The translations under genes were made by a program, and so were the position numbers. Shown one piece after another: positions 24,201 to 37,535 of a stretch of DNA of 64,000 nt. Below the pieces are notes generated by a model, which was given only the letters and a program-made list of their open reading frames with translations, was not told the DNA's origin and did no database searches. The stretch is from Chrysomallon squamiferum (Eukaryota; Animalia; Mollusca), in the NCBI GenBank assembly GCA_012295275.1, contig CM022673.1:21142001-21206000 (forward strand), read 5' to 3'. Positions within the stretch are counted from its first letter, which is position 1; every line of letters starts with the position of its first letter.

Positions 24201-27200
24201 TTTTTTTTACCACAAACCAGAACTTTGGCTGACAGCATTAAAATAATCTTTTCTCTAGAGAGATTTATGGATAAAGTAAACAAAGTAACCTGAATTTTCT
24301 TTTCTCTCTCTTTTTGTAAAATGATATTGCTTCCATTAAGCTGCACATGGAAAATATAAAGAAATTACTTTAAAAAAAATGCAAATGTTAATTACTGCAG
24401 ACAAATTACTTGACTAAATGATATTAAATACAAGATAATGCAAATATATTTTTAGTATTGTTATTTTATATTTGCCATAACAAGAATTTAGTTTTCATCA
24501 CTTTAGATTTTACTGATAGGGTATACCAATTTTATGAAACAACATACATATATATTAAGATTTGTTAATTAACTAGACACTAATGTATAATGGAATACCA
24601 TTTTTTCAGTGCACCAAGATCTTATTTTTCATCCTGTTAAGGCAATAAGATTTTATAAGCCATAATTTGAAGACAAACATCTTATGATCCCTTGTTCTAA
24701 AGAACCGAAAACTTTATGTAAAAGCTTTAAGTTTTTAGAATTATGTTCATATTATAATAATTACAGTAACACATCCACAATAGCATGTGTATGCTAATAC
24801 TTCCCATTGTGTGCATTTGTGTCTGTGCACATGTGCTTGAGTATGTCTCTGTGTGTGTGTGTGTGTATGTGTGTACATGTGCGTATGTGTATGTGCATGT
24901 GTATGTGCATGTGTACATGTGCGTGTGTGTATGTGCATGTGTATATGTGCGTGTATTTGCTTATGCATGAAATGTAAACAGGTGTTTGTTTTTAAGTAAT
25001 TTACTCATTATTGATTTCTATATATCAGAATAATATTAAATAAGTTGAGTAAATACAGACTTTGCATCAAAGTAAATGTAACTAATACTTTTAATATTAA
25101 AACAGATATATAAATCAAAAGACAAAAACAAAAAAAGTCATAAAATACCAGAAAAATTATTAAAATATCTAAAAGCTTTATAAACAAATAAAATTAAAAA
25201 TAAACAAACAAGTAAGAAAATAAATGAATTAAAATGGCTAGACAACTGTCTGTTCATCTTCTGTTCAGTTTATTCTTTTTTCCACAAATGTGAGCCAAAC
25301 CCTGATGTTCTACAGACACAGAGGTTTAATACCTCGCTTGACATTTCCATCACCCTAACACCTACATGTGTGTGTTTGGGCTGACTTTTGATGACTGTAT
25401 GTATCACACAATCACAGAACTGACCTGTATTTTACATTCCAGAACAGTCAGCATGAAACCAGTTTACATCACACAAACTCTGAAGTCAGGGAAAAGATTT
25501 TCTACTTTATTTTTCCTCACAGATTTCTTTTTCTTCATTTGCTTTTGTTTTGTATTGTTTAACTTTCAGAATTTAGGGGTGTTTTTTAAATATGAAATAA
25601 CACTATATAATAAATTCAGCCTTTTAAGTAAAGCCTGTCACATGTGCAAACAACCAAATTAAAATATGCATTGGTTAACCTTTTTTAAAATGCTTGACAA
25701 AATTAAATACATTTTCTTTCTTTATTAAAAATTACCACTTGTGGAGAAAACAAATAATGACCTATATATGCACACATGCAGTAAGTAATTATTCACACTT
25801 CTTGTGTTAAGTGACACAAACATTAACAAGTTTGTAAGATTAAATCATGAAATCATTATAGTCTGCATCCTGAATAAGGATATGGTAGAAATAATTGATT
25901 CAAGCTCTTAGCCCATGTCCGGCAGTTACCAAACATGAATAAAAATTCAATTACAGAAATATGTTACGCAGTATGCTTTGCTGACACCCCCACATTTAAA
26001 AATATATATATATTTTTAGTATTTCACATAAAACTGTATACTTAATTTATAAAAGTCTCAGAATATTTTTTCTGTTAAATAAATGCAACATTTTGACTCC
26101 ACTTATTTGAAGCTGAAACAAAACTTAAACTGCATATTTGAATGAATTTTGTTTGGCGACCTTTTAATAATTTAACTAAATAAAGGGATGGAGTTAATCT
26201 AATTAAGTTTGTAATTAACTGTTTAATTAAGAAACAACCACTCTTTCTCCCTCATCAAGATTTTATATATATCTATATAGAAAAACCTATCCACAGAATT
26301 TTACAATGACATAAAATAAAAATAAAAATTAAATTAAACTGAATTAAAATAGATATATATGAAGTTATCCTATGATTGTTAAAAGACTGATCTTGGCAGC
26401 CATCACTCTTCAGGTGGTGTTCTGTTGCTGAGTTGTATCTCACCCAGGAGGAATTCCAAATGATTCATCAGTGTAAGCATTATGATGTAAAGTTGTAAAT
26501 TAAATCCCAATATCTGTTTAATACATAAGTAATGTATGTATATATATATATATAAAATAATAATAATAATAATAAAATTAAAACGTAATAATATACTCTA
26601 AATCTAAAGGTAATTTAAGAGCCATGTGAAAAAATTTATTTTGCTGTACAATGTTTTTTTTAATGAATTTTCATAAGGAAAAAAAAGAAAACATTTGATA
26701 AAACTATGTCTCCAATAATTTCAAGACACACAGTGGTACCAATTATTTAATCCAATTATAAATTTATGAGTATACCAATTTTCTTATAGTGTTGTCAAAG
26801 CAATCTCTCCACCATGTACACAAAGAAAATATGCTATTATTAGCAATACTAGAAAAATAAAACAAATAGATAAACACCAACAAAAAAAAAAAAAAACATT
26901 TATTATTCATGAGCATACAAACAGAAAAAAATAAAAATAAATAATACAAAAACATTATATATTAATGTCTGTGTGTGTGTATAAGCATAAATTTGAAAGC
27001 AAGCCAAATGTAAATGTATTTTGCATTAACACATGATTAAAAAGAAATGAACTGTTGTGAAAGCTGCATAATGCCATGTTCTGATGATTCATGAATTGGC
27101 TGGCAAGATGAGTAATCACAATAGACTACTGAATAAAGTGTATTTCGTGCTGTGTGCTACACATCATTTTCACTTGTAGTAGGAACAGAAGCCAGACCAT

Positions 27201-29131
27201 ATAATTAATTATAGAAAAGTAAAATTTCACCCCATACTTCAGTGGCTATGAAAGATACACTGCTTTCTCTTATGAAGATAAAACACTAGACAAAGCAACT
27301 CCAGTATTACTAGCACCTCATATGTAAAGATCTGGCCTGTGATATATCTTGTCTTAGGATCAATACTCTTCAGTATTCTTATTTCCAATTCCAGTTAATG
27401 CCTTTTGGTGATATATCTGTTGTGTGTACTTTCCTAACAACAGACTGGTGATTATAAAATGCAACTGGCTTCTTATAACACAGTTTTTAGAAGAAGAGCC
27501 TATGGTAACAACATATTATCCTGATAAAGTTGAGAATTAAAGATTGTTTCTCATCAATAATATCAGTGATTATAATGTACCTGATATATATAAAGTCTTT
27601 ATGATTGGTTCTGAGAATTATTAATTTCAATATTATTGAGGTTTAAAGTATTATGTTTGGTTGCCAAAGTGAAATAAAATAAAAATGAAAAATAATAGTG
27701 ACAGATACTTTGCTACATACAGTGTACAAGTCAATAAACCACCTGCAGTGTACTCTGACACAACACAACATTACAACAAAATTCAGATTTAAATAATCAC
27801 TACACTACTTTTACTCTTTATCCGATTTAGAATTTTACACTAAATAATAATGATGTAATAATTAAATCAAGGATAGCCATATTAATATTTTGTAATATTA
27901 AAAGATAATATTTTGTAAGATATCTTAATAATCGATGAAGGATGTATATTAATTGATTCACATTTGTAATTTATAATCAGGTAACATTTTCATTCATTCT
28001 TAACACCAAAATGTTGTTGTTGTTGTTTTTCCAGGGGTTGGTTGTTACTGGGTTTTTTAAATATAAATGAATTTGCCTTAAACATCAAATAAAATGAAAT
28101 TATGGTTGTAAATCAGCTGTATAATTTTAAATAAATATTTTCTTTTTAAAAAAAAAAAAAAAAAAAAACCTTCAAAACCTTCAAATACATGGAAAACCCA
28201 ACAACCTATTGTTCAAATGCAATCACATCTGGCCTCAAGAACTGAATACACTAGAAACTAGTAATGGTTATGCAAAGAAAATAAAGAAAGTTGTAAATTT
28301 GTAACAAGCAGTCTGTGTATTTACACAGAGATAAAATTTGTTTCAAGATATCTACAGCATTCACAAGTGCTGACATGAAACTGGAAACAGGATTCAATAA
28401 ACTGATAATGCTATGGAGATGGCTATGAGAATAAAAGATTTCTAACCAGAGATAATCATCCACTTATGTTGATAATGCATTTCCTGTAAAAAATAGCTGT
28501 TGATGTCTTTATTGGCCAATTAATGTTTCACCTTTACAAAAAAGACCATGTCTAGACATCTTTCATTCTGATTTTACAGAAGCTGTTGATTTTCCACTAA
28601 TGAAAATTGCTAATACCACTTATAAAATTTATTTTCCATTTACCAAACTAAAATTATATTTCTGTCTTCAGAAATAAGACTCTTCAGTGGATTTAATAAA
28701 CACTCTTGCTTGATATAAAGAAGTACATTGATATATCTAGTTGATATAATGGTATATTTAAAACAGGCAAAACATAGAAATGCTCTTTAAGGAGTTGGGT
28801 AAATATGTTTAAACATACTTTATACGATTCTGTTCCAATAAACTACAGAATGGAATTAACTGGAGGTTTGAATAAATTAATGTTATACAGGTTCAGCCTA
28901 TTAGCAACTGCAGTAATAATACAGACATGGTGAGAAAAATAATCAATATGGCAAAACACCATGGTCTTTTTACAAGCATTATTTGTTTATAAATTATAAT
29001 ATATATAGACACAAATAAAACTGGTTATGTGATAATGATTACATAAAAATCTACACACACATACATGATTACCTATAGAGATACTTAATATACATACAAA
29101 CAAAACAACAACAAAAAAAATATAGCAAACA

Positions 29132-29162
<31 letters not shown>

Positions 29163-31560
29163 TCATACACTCTACATTTAAAACAAATAAAAATAAATAT
29201 GCTGAACATTTTCTTAAGAACAGATTATTCCTTTGATCATTTGATTTTAGCTGCATACATTACAAAAGTATTTTGTGAATTTCAACTTGAACACCAGTGT
29301 AGTTACACCTGACACAAGATCTCACTAAAAGCCACAATCATGATTAGAAAGATAACAATGAAGTGAGCAGGAAGAAAAAACTAAAAAAGTGTTTCTTTTT
29401 TCCTGCCACTTCAGAGTAGCACTCAGTGTCAGGTTTTTCACACAAAATAGCAAACTGTAACTTTAAAAATATAGATCACCTTTTTTCAGAGTAATACACA
29501 GTAGCCAACTTTTACAAAATACTGAATATAATCTTTAAAAATAAAGATTACTCTTTTCAGAATAATACACACTGGCAACTTTTTCACACAAAATACTAAA
29601 TATAATTTCTAAAAATAGAGATCGGTGCTTTTGTTAATAATAAAAAAATTTAAAGTTTAAACAAAAATAATTAAAGATATTAATTGCATAAAGATCACAC
29701 TATATTTAAATACAAAAAAAAGTAATATTAATACATATATCTACATATATACATTTAGACATACATTATGTATATTAATATTTAAATGTTGGTGTATGTT
29801 CATATGTTATTCAGCTTAATGATTCAAACAAATTTGCCTGGGCATGCAAGGCTGAAGCCTAATTAGTCTGTTCAAGTCAAAGTTGGAACTTAAAGTTAAT
29901 TCCACTCTAAATAAAGTAAATTAGTTGACATGTAGCTTACCAAGTACTTAAAGTTTAATTAACACCTCTGATCATTAAAAGCATAGGCAAGCTGACAACA
30001 TCTGTGTATTTTAATACAGTTAAGTAGAAGATTAAATGCTTGCTTTAAGACATCTGTTGTGTGTATTACAATTATGTTAATGACTTTGGTAAATATTCTT
30101 AATCTGGTCTGTAAATTTTTAATTTGGACAAAAATGATATGAGTAAATGAATAAATAACACCTCAAAAGATAAAAATGGAAAATATGTGTGGAATTTTTT
30201 CTTATAGAAAATAAATCAATACTTTACTATTACTATAAGATTTGTATAACAACAATGAAACAGAAGAATCATTCTTCAAAAATTCAACTAGCTGTAGAGG
30301 GTCTTTTATTTGTACATTTTCAAATCACACTATAACAAGATATAGGTACTACAAGAACCAGATATAGCTTAGCAGTTTCTCTCAGCAGAACTGATACTGT
30401 CATCTCTTACCTCAGGCAGTGTGTCTATGTGAATATATTATATAGCTAATAAAAATCTAAAATCATAAAAGCAGTAACCCATTTCTTGTCATAACAATCG
30501 ACATTTAGATACTAACAAATCTTGTAGCTGTTCATAATAATATAATGTTGTTATTACTGGGTTGTATAAAATAAAAACCGATGTAACAGCTTAAAAATTG
30601 ACTTAACAATGAGGTGTCACTCCTAGATATCCACAAATAGTACTTTCATTTTTATCTGATAATTTCAGTTATTATTTTGCCTTTGACATTTTATATTAGT
30701 GAGTCATGTAAACTTTGTTTTTTTTATTTATTTTCTTTACTATAAATATATGTTTTACTACAACTGAACTGTGACATACTTCATGCTTCTTACGCAGTAC
30801 ACAATAAACTAACATTCCTATCAAATGAAGCAATGCAGTTAATATATGCATAAAGCAACTAGTATGTGAGAGCAATGTTCAGATCATTGTGTCTCACAGT
30901 GAGACACCTGATATTTGACAATAGATACTGTATTCGGTTACTTGTACCAATTTAAACAGCTGAATTTTACACAATGACCCACACAAAAATGTGTATTATA
31001 CTAAAATTATCAAATAGTAAATACTTCTTTTTAAACACTACACTCACTAAATGGTTCAATAATAAATGTTAATTAAACTATGGCTAACAATATAATCTCT
31101 GTTTGATGATCAATGGAATCAAAAACAATTAACTAATATCTTCCATTTTTTAATGCATGATTTTCTCTTACTATGTCACTAAATTTAAATGGATTATTCA
31201 TATCAAATATTGAAATCAAGACAGAACTCTAATAAGGGAAAATTTTATATTTCAGCTAAAAACATAATTCTTATTTTTAAAATTATTTTATATGTAACTT
31301 TTGGTTGAATGATGTCAGTATTTCTGTTTTAAATAATGTCATTACACACACACAAACACACACACAATATTATGAATATACTGATACTATTACTAGTATT
31401 AGTGTTATTACTTGAAGATGATAATAAATAGATCATATTACTTGATAAAAACATACCTGCCAATGTTGTTCTCAATGGTATAAGTAACGGATAGTGGATC
31501 AGTCTTAATGGTGCTGTTGGGTATATACTTTCCAACCTTCAGTCCATTCATACTCAACAT
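11145..31560 (-). CDS. STK17A: DRAK/STK17-family (DAPK-related) serine/threonine kinase, about 608 aa
   Basis: Exons in transcript order: 31560-31457, 20782-20570, 14807-14669, 14200-14074, 13646-13598, 12642-12463, 12159-11145. Total 1827 nt, all GT-AG, phases consistent. Motifs: [33 protein letters not shown] (DRAK-type basic loop), [58 protein letters not shown], followed by a long Ser/Asn/acidic tail. It is probably co-orthologous to STK17A and STK17B. Confidence 0.92.
16467..16829. repeat. 56-bp minisatellite, about 6.5 copies, in a kinase intron
   Basis: The unit TAACAG(C/G)AATTAAAGGGTTA(C/T)TCCTA(C/T)GAGCTATT..TATACTCTTCTTCATAAAC starts at 16467, 16523, 16579, 16635, 16691, 16747 and 16803. 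Confidence 0.95.
24785..24968. repeat. Degenerate (TG)n / TGCATG-type microsatellite
   Basis: Alternating purine-pyrimidine tract; source of three spurious ORFs. Confidence 0.85.
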
Positions 31561-32273
31561 TTTCTGAACAGCTAATTCATACCCTCAATCAGTCAATGGC
31601 AAACAAATCGAAATGAACACAAAATTATCTTTCCTTGTGACAAACTGGAACAGCTGTTTTACCACCATTTGTAATCCAAGTAACCAAACAGACGATGCCG
31701 ATCTAACTTTAAATAAAGTCAGTCTGGCGTAACATTCATGCTCCTTTAGGGACTAATCAATGGAATCCATGTCATTGAAGGGAAGGTAACGAAGTGCACA
31801 ATCGTGCGACACACTGATGAAAGTTTCCACACTCTTAGTATTAACAGATTATTATAATTCCTCTAGCTGCGCTTGTTTCTGCAAGCTGATATGCACATTT
31901 AATATACGAGGGAATATTTAACTTCCCTACGCATATCTAACCAGTCTAGCTTTTATCATTGCAGCTCTACTTTGTCTTTCGGGCACTGAAATCTGATATA
32001 ACTTCCGTTTTGAGGATTTCAAAACGAGGTAGCATTTGGTTTATTTAAAAGTGGAGTTATTTGTTGTCCGAAAAAAGGCTTTATGTTTGTTTTAGTTGGG
32101 ATTATCACTGTTTCTATTTTTTTAATTCTATTAATAATTATTTTTTTCTTCAGTTTGTTGTTGTTGTTCATTTGTATTAAGTTAAATTAAAATGACTGAA
32201 CTAGAGATTGGCTATATAATCAGCTATATTAAAACAATCATGTTTCCACCTGATTAGTTATTAATTTTACCTA

Positions 32274-32867
32274 TACTGTGGCACCTGTTTTTAACAGCCC
32301 CCAAGATGAGCGGCCACCTAAGACGTACGGACACTTTTCCGAGTCCCGATTATTTTTCAGTGAACAGATCCCTTAGATCAGCGGACAGCATTTATTAGTA
32401 GTATTATTTATTATTATTTATTATTATTATTATTTATTAGTATTCCTCTGCTAAAGCGAACAGTCATAATAATTAGGATTTCTTTTCTCCCAAATAAATA
32501 ATTTTTATTTATGTACGGCAGCTTTATACGATATTTTTAAAGACGGCTTCGCCCATTTCCTGTACTGGTCAGTGTTTTTGTCGAGTGATGTGAGCCCACA
32601 ACTGCAATCTCCAAACGCTTGCCGGCCAAACCTTGCGAATTCACCCATTTTCATACATAATTTTTATAATTTAGTCATTCAACATCATTACATGCATAGC
32701 GGACTTTAGATGTCGAAAAGATATGTTTATGGATATTGGTATGAGGGAGGTGAATAAAGATTGTAAATAAGTGAGAAAAAAAAAACTATCTGATGAGTGG
32801 ACACCTTTGACGGAGGGAAACTTTTGCTGGGCCTCAAAGGTGGTCGCACAATACACGTACCACTGTA
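32274..32867. mobile_element. Old non-autonomous DNA transposon (Tc1/mariner-pogo-like MITE) remnant
   Basis: TA-flanked degenerate terminal inverted repeats: left TA-CTGTGGCACCTGTTTT versus right (reverse complement) TA-CAGTGGTACGTGTATT, 12/16 identical. Internal subterminal repeats TGAGCGGCCACCT / TCAGCGGACA / TGAGTGGACACCT. No transposase ORF. Confidence 0.5.
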
Positions 32868-34891
32868 CTTTGTTGTAATGTACCTCGTTGTGGATAACAA
32901 ATATTAATAAATTTTTGTTACTGATGTTCGTTTAATCCTTCTCTTTCATTCTCTTTTTCTCTTTGAATGTAAAAGGACGTATGTGTGTATGTATATAGGC
33001 CTATATACAAAAGCAAAAATACAAGTGTCACGATTCAACAATGGGCGAATTTCCAAACTCAAATTTTTTAGCTAATTTGCTACGTTTTAAAGCAGAATGA
33101 GACGTAACTGAAGATCCGAAAATAAAGGGTAACACTAACACGTTAGTAGCAGAGTAATAGGTAAAAATAAGAACTGAATAATAGAAGAAAAATCAGAAAG
33201 AACGAAAACGGTCGATTACGCAGAATAGATTATTTAAATGGAACATTTAGACCTATCTTCTTTCACATTTTGTCTTGTATTTTACAAATAACCCCATATG
33301 TATTGTTTAATAGCCATTTATGTGAAGCAGTAGCGTCCGATTCATGAAAAATACCCCCCATTAGGAACGATAACTCTATATAGTCGTCTGCAGTAGTAAA
33401 CTACAATATAATTGAAAAATTACATATTCACCAACCACAACTCTTAGGAATGATCTTATGTTTATCTCTGTCAGTTGAAACAGGTCTAAAACATAATAAG
33501 TTCTTCACAAAAAAAAAAAAAAACAACACTTTCTTGCAAATTTGAGAACGATATCTCTTGAAATAAGATTTTGGTGACTAAAGGTTGACTTTTAAAAAAA
33601 ATAAAAAATAAAAAATTCAAAATACGATACAGTGAAAATGGATTTTTGTTAACTTCAAAATGCGATGTGTTTTACCCTATTATAGATATCTTGAAAAATA
33701 GTTTTGTTTTTACATTTGAGACTGGCTTTCTTTTAACTGATATAGAATAAATTACTTTTTCATGTTAAGTACAACTGCTTATCCTTTAAACGTATTTTGT
33801 AATACCTGCAAATTATTTATAATTATATAACACAGACTGAGTAAACTTTAGTTATTTTATTTTTATTTTTATTTTTTTATTATTATTTGTTTGTTTAATT
33901 ATTTAGTTATTTTTAGTTTCTTTTTCAAAAATATTTTCATGCATTGTAATAATTTAAGTTTAGGATTTATTATCTGAGATAAAATGTAATTTAAAATAAT
34001 GAACAAATTTTAAATTATTGTTATTTTCTCTGTTAATATTTTAAAATATACATACATACATACAAACATAGCAAAAAAATAAAATATAGATAGATAGATA
34101 CACAGGGATTTTTGTTGTTGCTTCTGCAAGTAAAGCCGTCATATTAAATTACTACGAATAATACTGGTGTTAATAATAATATTAATTTTGTAGTCATTCC
34201 CCATTTTTCCCAGAACTGCATTTTGCTGATTTTCTGAAACTTCTAGACAAAGAGAGAATTTATATTTTTACTTTAATGTCAATATCAATTTACAATATAA
34301 ATACCCAGTTATCCCTTAAGCTCATTAAAACACACCCACACACACACGTTTTCCGAAATACTTATGATTTATTCATATAAAAACAAAAACAGAAACATAA
34401 AATTGAATAACATATCAAATAACAAGATTATGTTACAGGTGTAAATGGTATAGTGTGTTACCTTCTTTGTTGTCAATTCTCCGCTGGTGCTGTTTTGGAT
34501 TGCAGTTTTGACTAAGTTACGTTTTAATTACACTTTCATTAGAAACAAAACACTGAATATTTAACGCATACTCAATGAAAACAGTATAAATTACTATTAT
34601 AACAAACAGATGTGTAGATTATCTAGAAACGCTAGCTTTCAATGTGCTAAGCAAACAATGGACGGAAGTTATTTCTTTCGTGAACATTATTTTTATTTCA
34701 AATAAACACGTCAAGCTTCTCTGTTGAATTTGCGCTTCGTTTCAGTATTACGGTAATCAGTTTTAATAATAAATAAATAAATAAATAAATAAAAACATTT
34801 TTTAAAAATAAAAATAAAAACTAGCACTTCTATATTTATAAAAGCAGTATTCAGAACCATGCAGTAAGGAAAACAGTTTCATAGTGGAAAA

Positions 34892-35438
34892 ATGTATCCA
34901 ACTCTTTTTATTTTCGCGTTTGTTATCAAAGGTAAGAACATTATATTCTATATCAAAATATTTTCAGAAACTCTCTCTCTCTCTCTCCGTCGTACATACA
35001 CAAGCTATTTATTGATAAAACAGAAGCTCTAGATATGAAGGGAATAGTGACGAGAAAAATTTATAAAGACTATTCTTATTTAATTTTCTTGTTTAATTCT
35101 AAGAATACGGATCAGAAGGCAATCTCGCTTTGCGCAAATCAACACGCCAGTCTTCAACGACATGGGATGGTTACAGTTACAGAGCTGTGGACGGCCGAAC
35201 AAATGGAACATATGATTCAAAAAGTTGTATGCATACAGATAATGCGTTTCACGAATGGTGGGAGGTAGACCTTTTCGGATTCAACCAGATAGATTCTGTG
35301 ATAATTTACAACAGAATCGACTCTTGTTGCAGTGAGTATCTAAAATATTTACAAAATAATTTAATTATTTCTAATTGTGAATTATAAAAGTAATATAAAT
35401 CAATTATACTGTCTTAACCCGTTTGATGCATAATAAAA

Positions 35439-35474
<36 letters not shown>

Positions 35475-36291
35475 TGTGTTTTTGGTTGTTTTTTTTTATT
35501 GTTTAGGCAAAGTACTACAAAATATCACGATTGAAGTGTTTCTAAATGATCGACTCCAGTACGAACAGGAGAAACCTGTTTTGTGCGGAAAATATCCAGG
35601 CATTTTGCCTACCATGTTAATCGTCAAATGTGCCCCTGGTGTACGTGGAAGGTTTGTTAGGATAACTAAATTCAGTGCTAATTTAGTACTTTCCATGTGT
35701 GAAGTTCAGGTACGTGGAAACGCTGCCGTCAAAACAGGTAAGAAACATTTTAAGTAACACAAACATTTTATTTTATTACAGTTCATGATACGAAGAATCA
35801 CAACTAACAAAAAATAATTAATTAATTAATAATATAAAAAAATACTCTACAAGATCTACCAGATAAATATGTTGTATTTGTTTTTTTGTTGGGGAAAATT
35901 TCAAGAGAGAAAATAATTTGAATGTTTTAACAGTGACAAGTATAACGGTGAGATTAGAAATATGTTGGGTTTCTTTTCTTTTTTTTCTTTTTTTTTGTGG
36001 AAACTGGTTATTTTCTATCCAAAAAGTTTGTTAAACAGTACTTTTCGTTTTCCAGGAGCATTATTTCAACCACAGTCGGACATAAGCTGGACTTCATCGT
36101 ATGTTCTCGACAGCTCTTCTCTACAACAGTGTAGAGAGAATTGTTTCGTTAACACTTCGTGCTTTGCCTTTGAGTACAACATTCAGACCAAGGACTGCGA
36201 CTTGATCGACTCTGGTAACCACAGCGACAGAGGAAAACCCTGGGTGTATTTCATAATTAAAAAACTGATCAGTTCGACAGGATGTAATTAG
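34892..36291 (+). CDS. F-type lectin (fucolectin-like) with C-terminal PAN/apple domain, about 244 aa, probably secreted
   Basis: Exons 34892-34931, 35104-35331, 35507-35737, 36056-36291 (735 nt, GT-AG, in frame). Short hydrophobic N-terminus MYPTLFIFAFVIK. F-type domain: NLALRKSTRQSS..AVDG..SCMHT..WWEVDL..YNRIDSCC..GRFVRI..LSMCEVQV. PAN pattern: C-x3-C-x5-C-FAFEY-x6-C. The first exon is less certain than the others. Confidence 0.85.
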
Positions 36292-37343
36292 ACGAACATA
36301 TTTTCTATATTAATCATTTTACTTGTATGTACACGTTTCTACACTAAATGGTGGGTATTTATATTTTATTTTATTTTATCATCGAAGTATCATTTTTGAA
36401 AAATGTTCGATAAAGAATTTTATTTTATTTTTTTCTTTAGTCAGTCAGTTGGATCTTTGACCATCATCCAATATGGACTAGAGTAGAATATAGACTCAGA
36501 ATAGAACAAATGGTCAGTGCGAGGATGTTAATGATTTGGATAATGCTTACATCCACAAACTGTTCAAGTCCAAAGGAGATAGCACGTTCCAGGCTATATC
36601 TTGGATTATGTACACTAGAGAAAAATGGTATCGATTTCCTAATATTACTTCAAAACAAACAGTTCAAGTGTATGTGAAAAACAGCCGATGTAAATCGTAC
36701 GATTAGTATGTTGCTGTATTTTTTGCTTCAATTTGTTAATACTTAAAAACTTATCGAACGATTTAAACAAAGGGTCTATAATTCGGTATCATTTTTGTTT
36801 TTTTAGAGTTATTACCAAGGTTGGTGTATTTGTTAATTTGTAATCTCAAACAAATCTTTTTAAGCAAACAACTCAAAACGTCAAAATGAATTTGAGCACC
36901 GACGTCGGGTTTGTGTCTACACGTGTACACGTGTAGTCATTTATTAAAACAAAAAACAAAACACATGTAATATTTATTAACTGTATATAAAATAGAAATG
37001 TGGAGAAAAAGAAGTACACTTTATTTTGGCAGTTGTGATAAGCAGCGCAGACAATCCGTATGTCTATCTGTCACAGTAATTTCAGTTTGGTTTATTCTTG
37101 CGAACAACACTTGTGACATCACAAACCGCCTTCTGGAAAGTAGCACTTTAAACGTAAATCGCATATCAGTAATCTCGTCCTTTAGCCATGTCCCATATCA
37201 GTGTACACGTTTAGTGAAATCTGCAGAAAACAAAATATTTTAAAACTTAACTGTAAAATAATTAAATAACCAGTGAAAATCACAATTATTTATCTAATTA
37301 TACAGCATTTACAAATCTAAAGACTGTACATGTATATGTATGT

Positions 37344-37535
37344 ATCAATAACCTAATTTATGCTTGCATATCAGTTTCATCTTAGGATATATATATAGCT
37401 GAAGTGATATAAATATATTACATAAAAGTTATGATTGCATATCGGTTTCATCTTGGGAACAATGTAGTCATTTTAGCTACGACTACACTGTTCCAAACAT
37501 GAAACCGATATGTAAGCATAAATTAGGTTATTGAT
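37344..37535. repeat. Palindromic (foldback / MITE-like) element with a duplicated left arm
   Basis: Inner inverted repeat 37436-37469 / 37481-37514 (30/34 matches, 11-nt loop). An outer arm starting at 37344 (ATCAATAACCTAATTTATGCTT...) is complementary to sequence ending at 37535. Confidence 0.85.

Noticed and set aside
36441-36750. Two overlapping stop-free frames of about 80 codons after a plausible acceptor downstream of the lectin
   Set aside because: No recognisable domain, and the lectin already ends at a stop codon at 36291.
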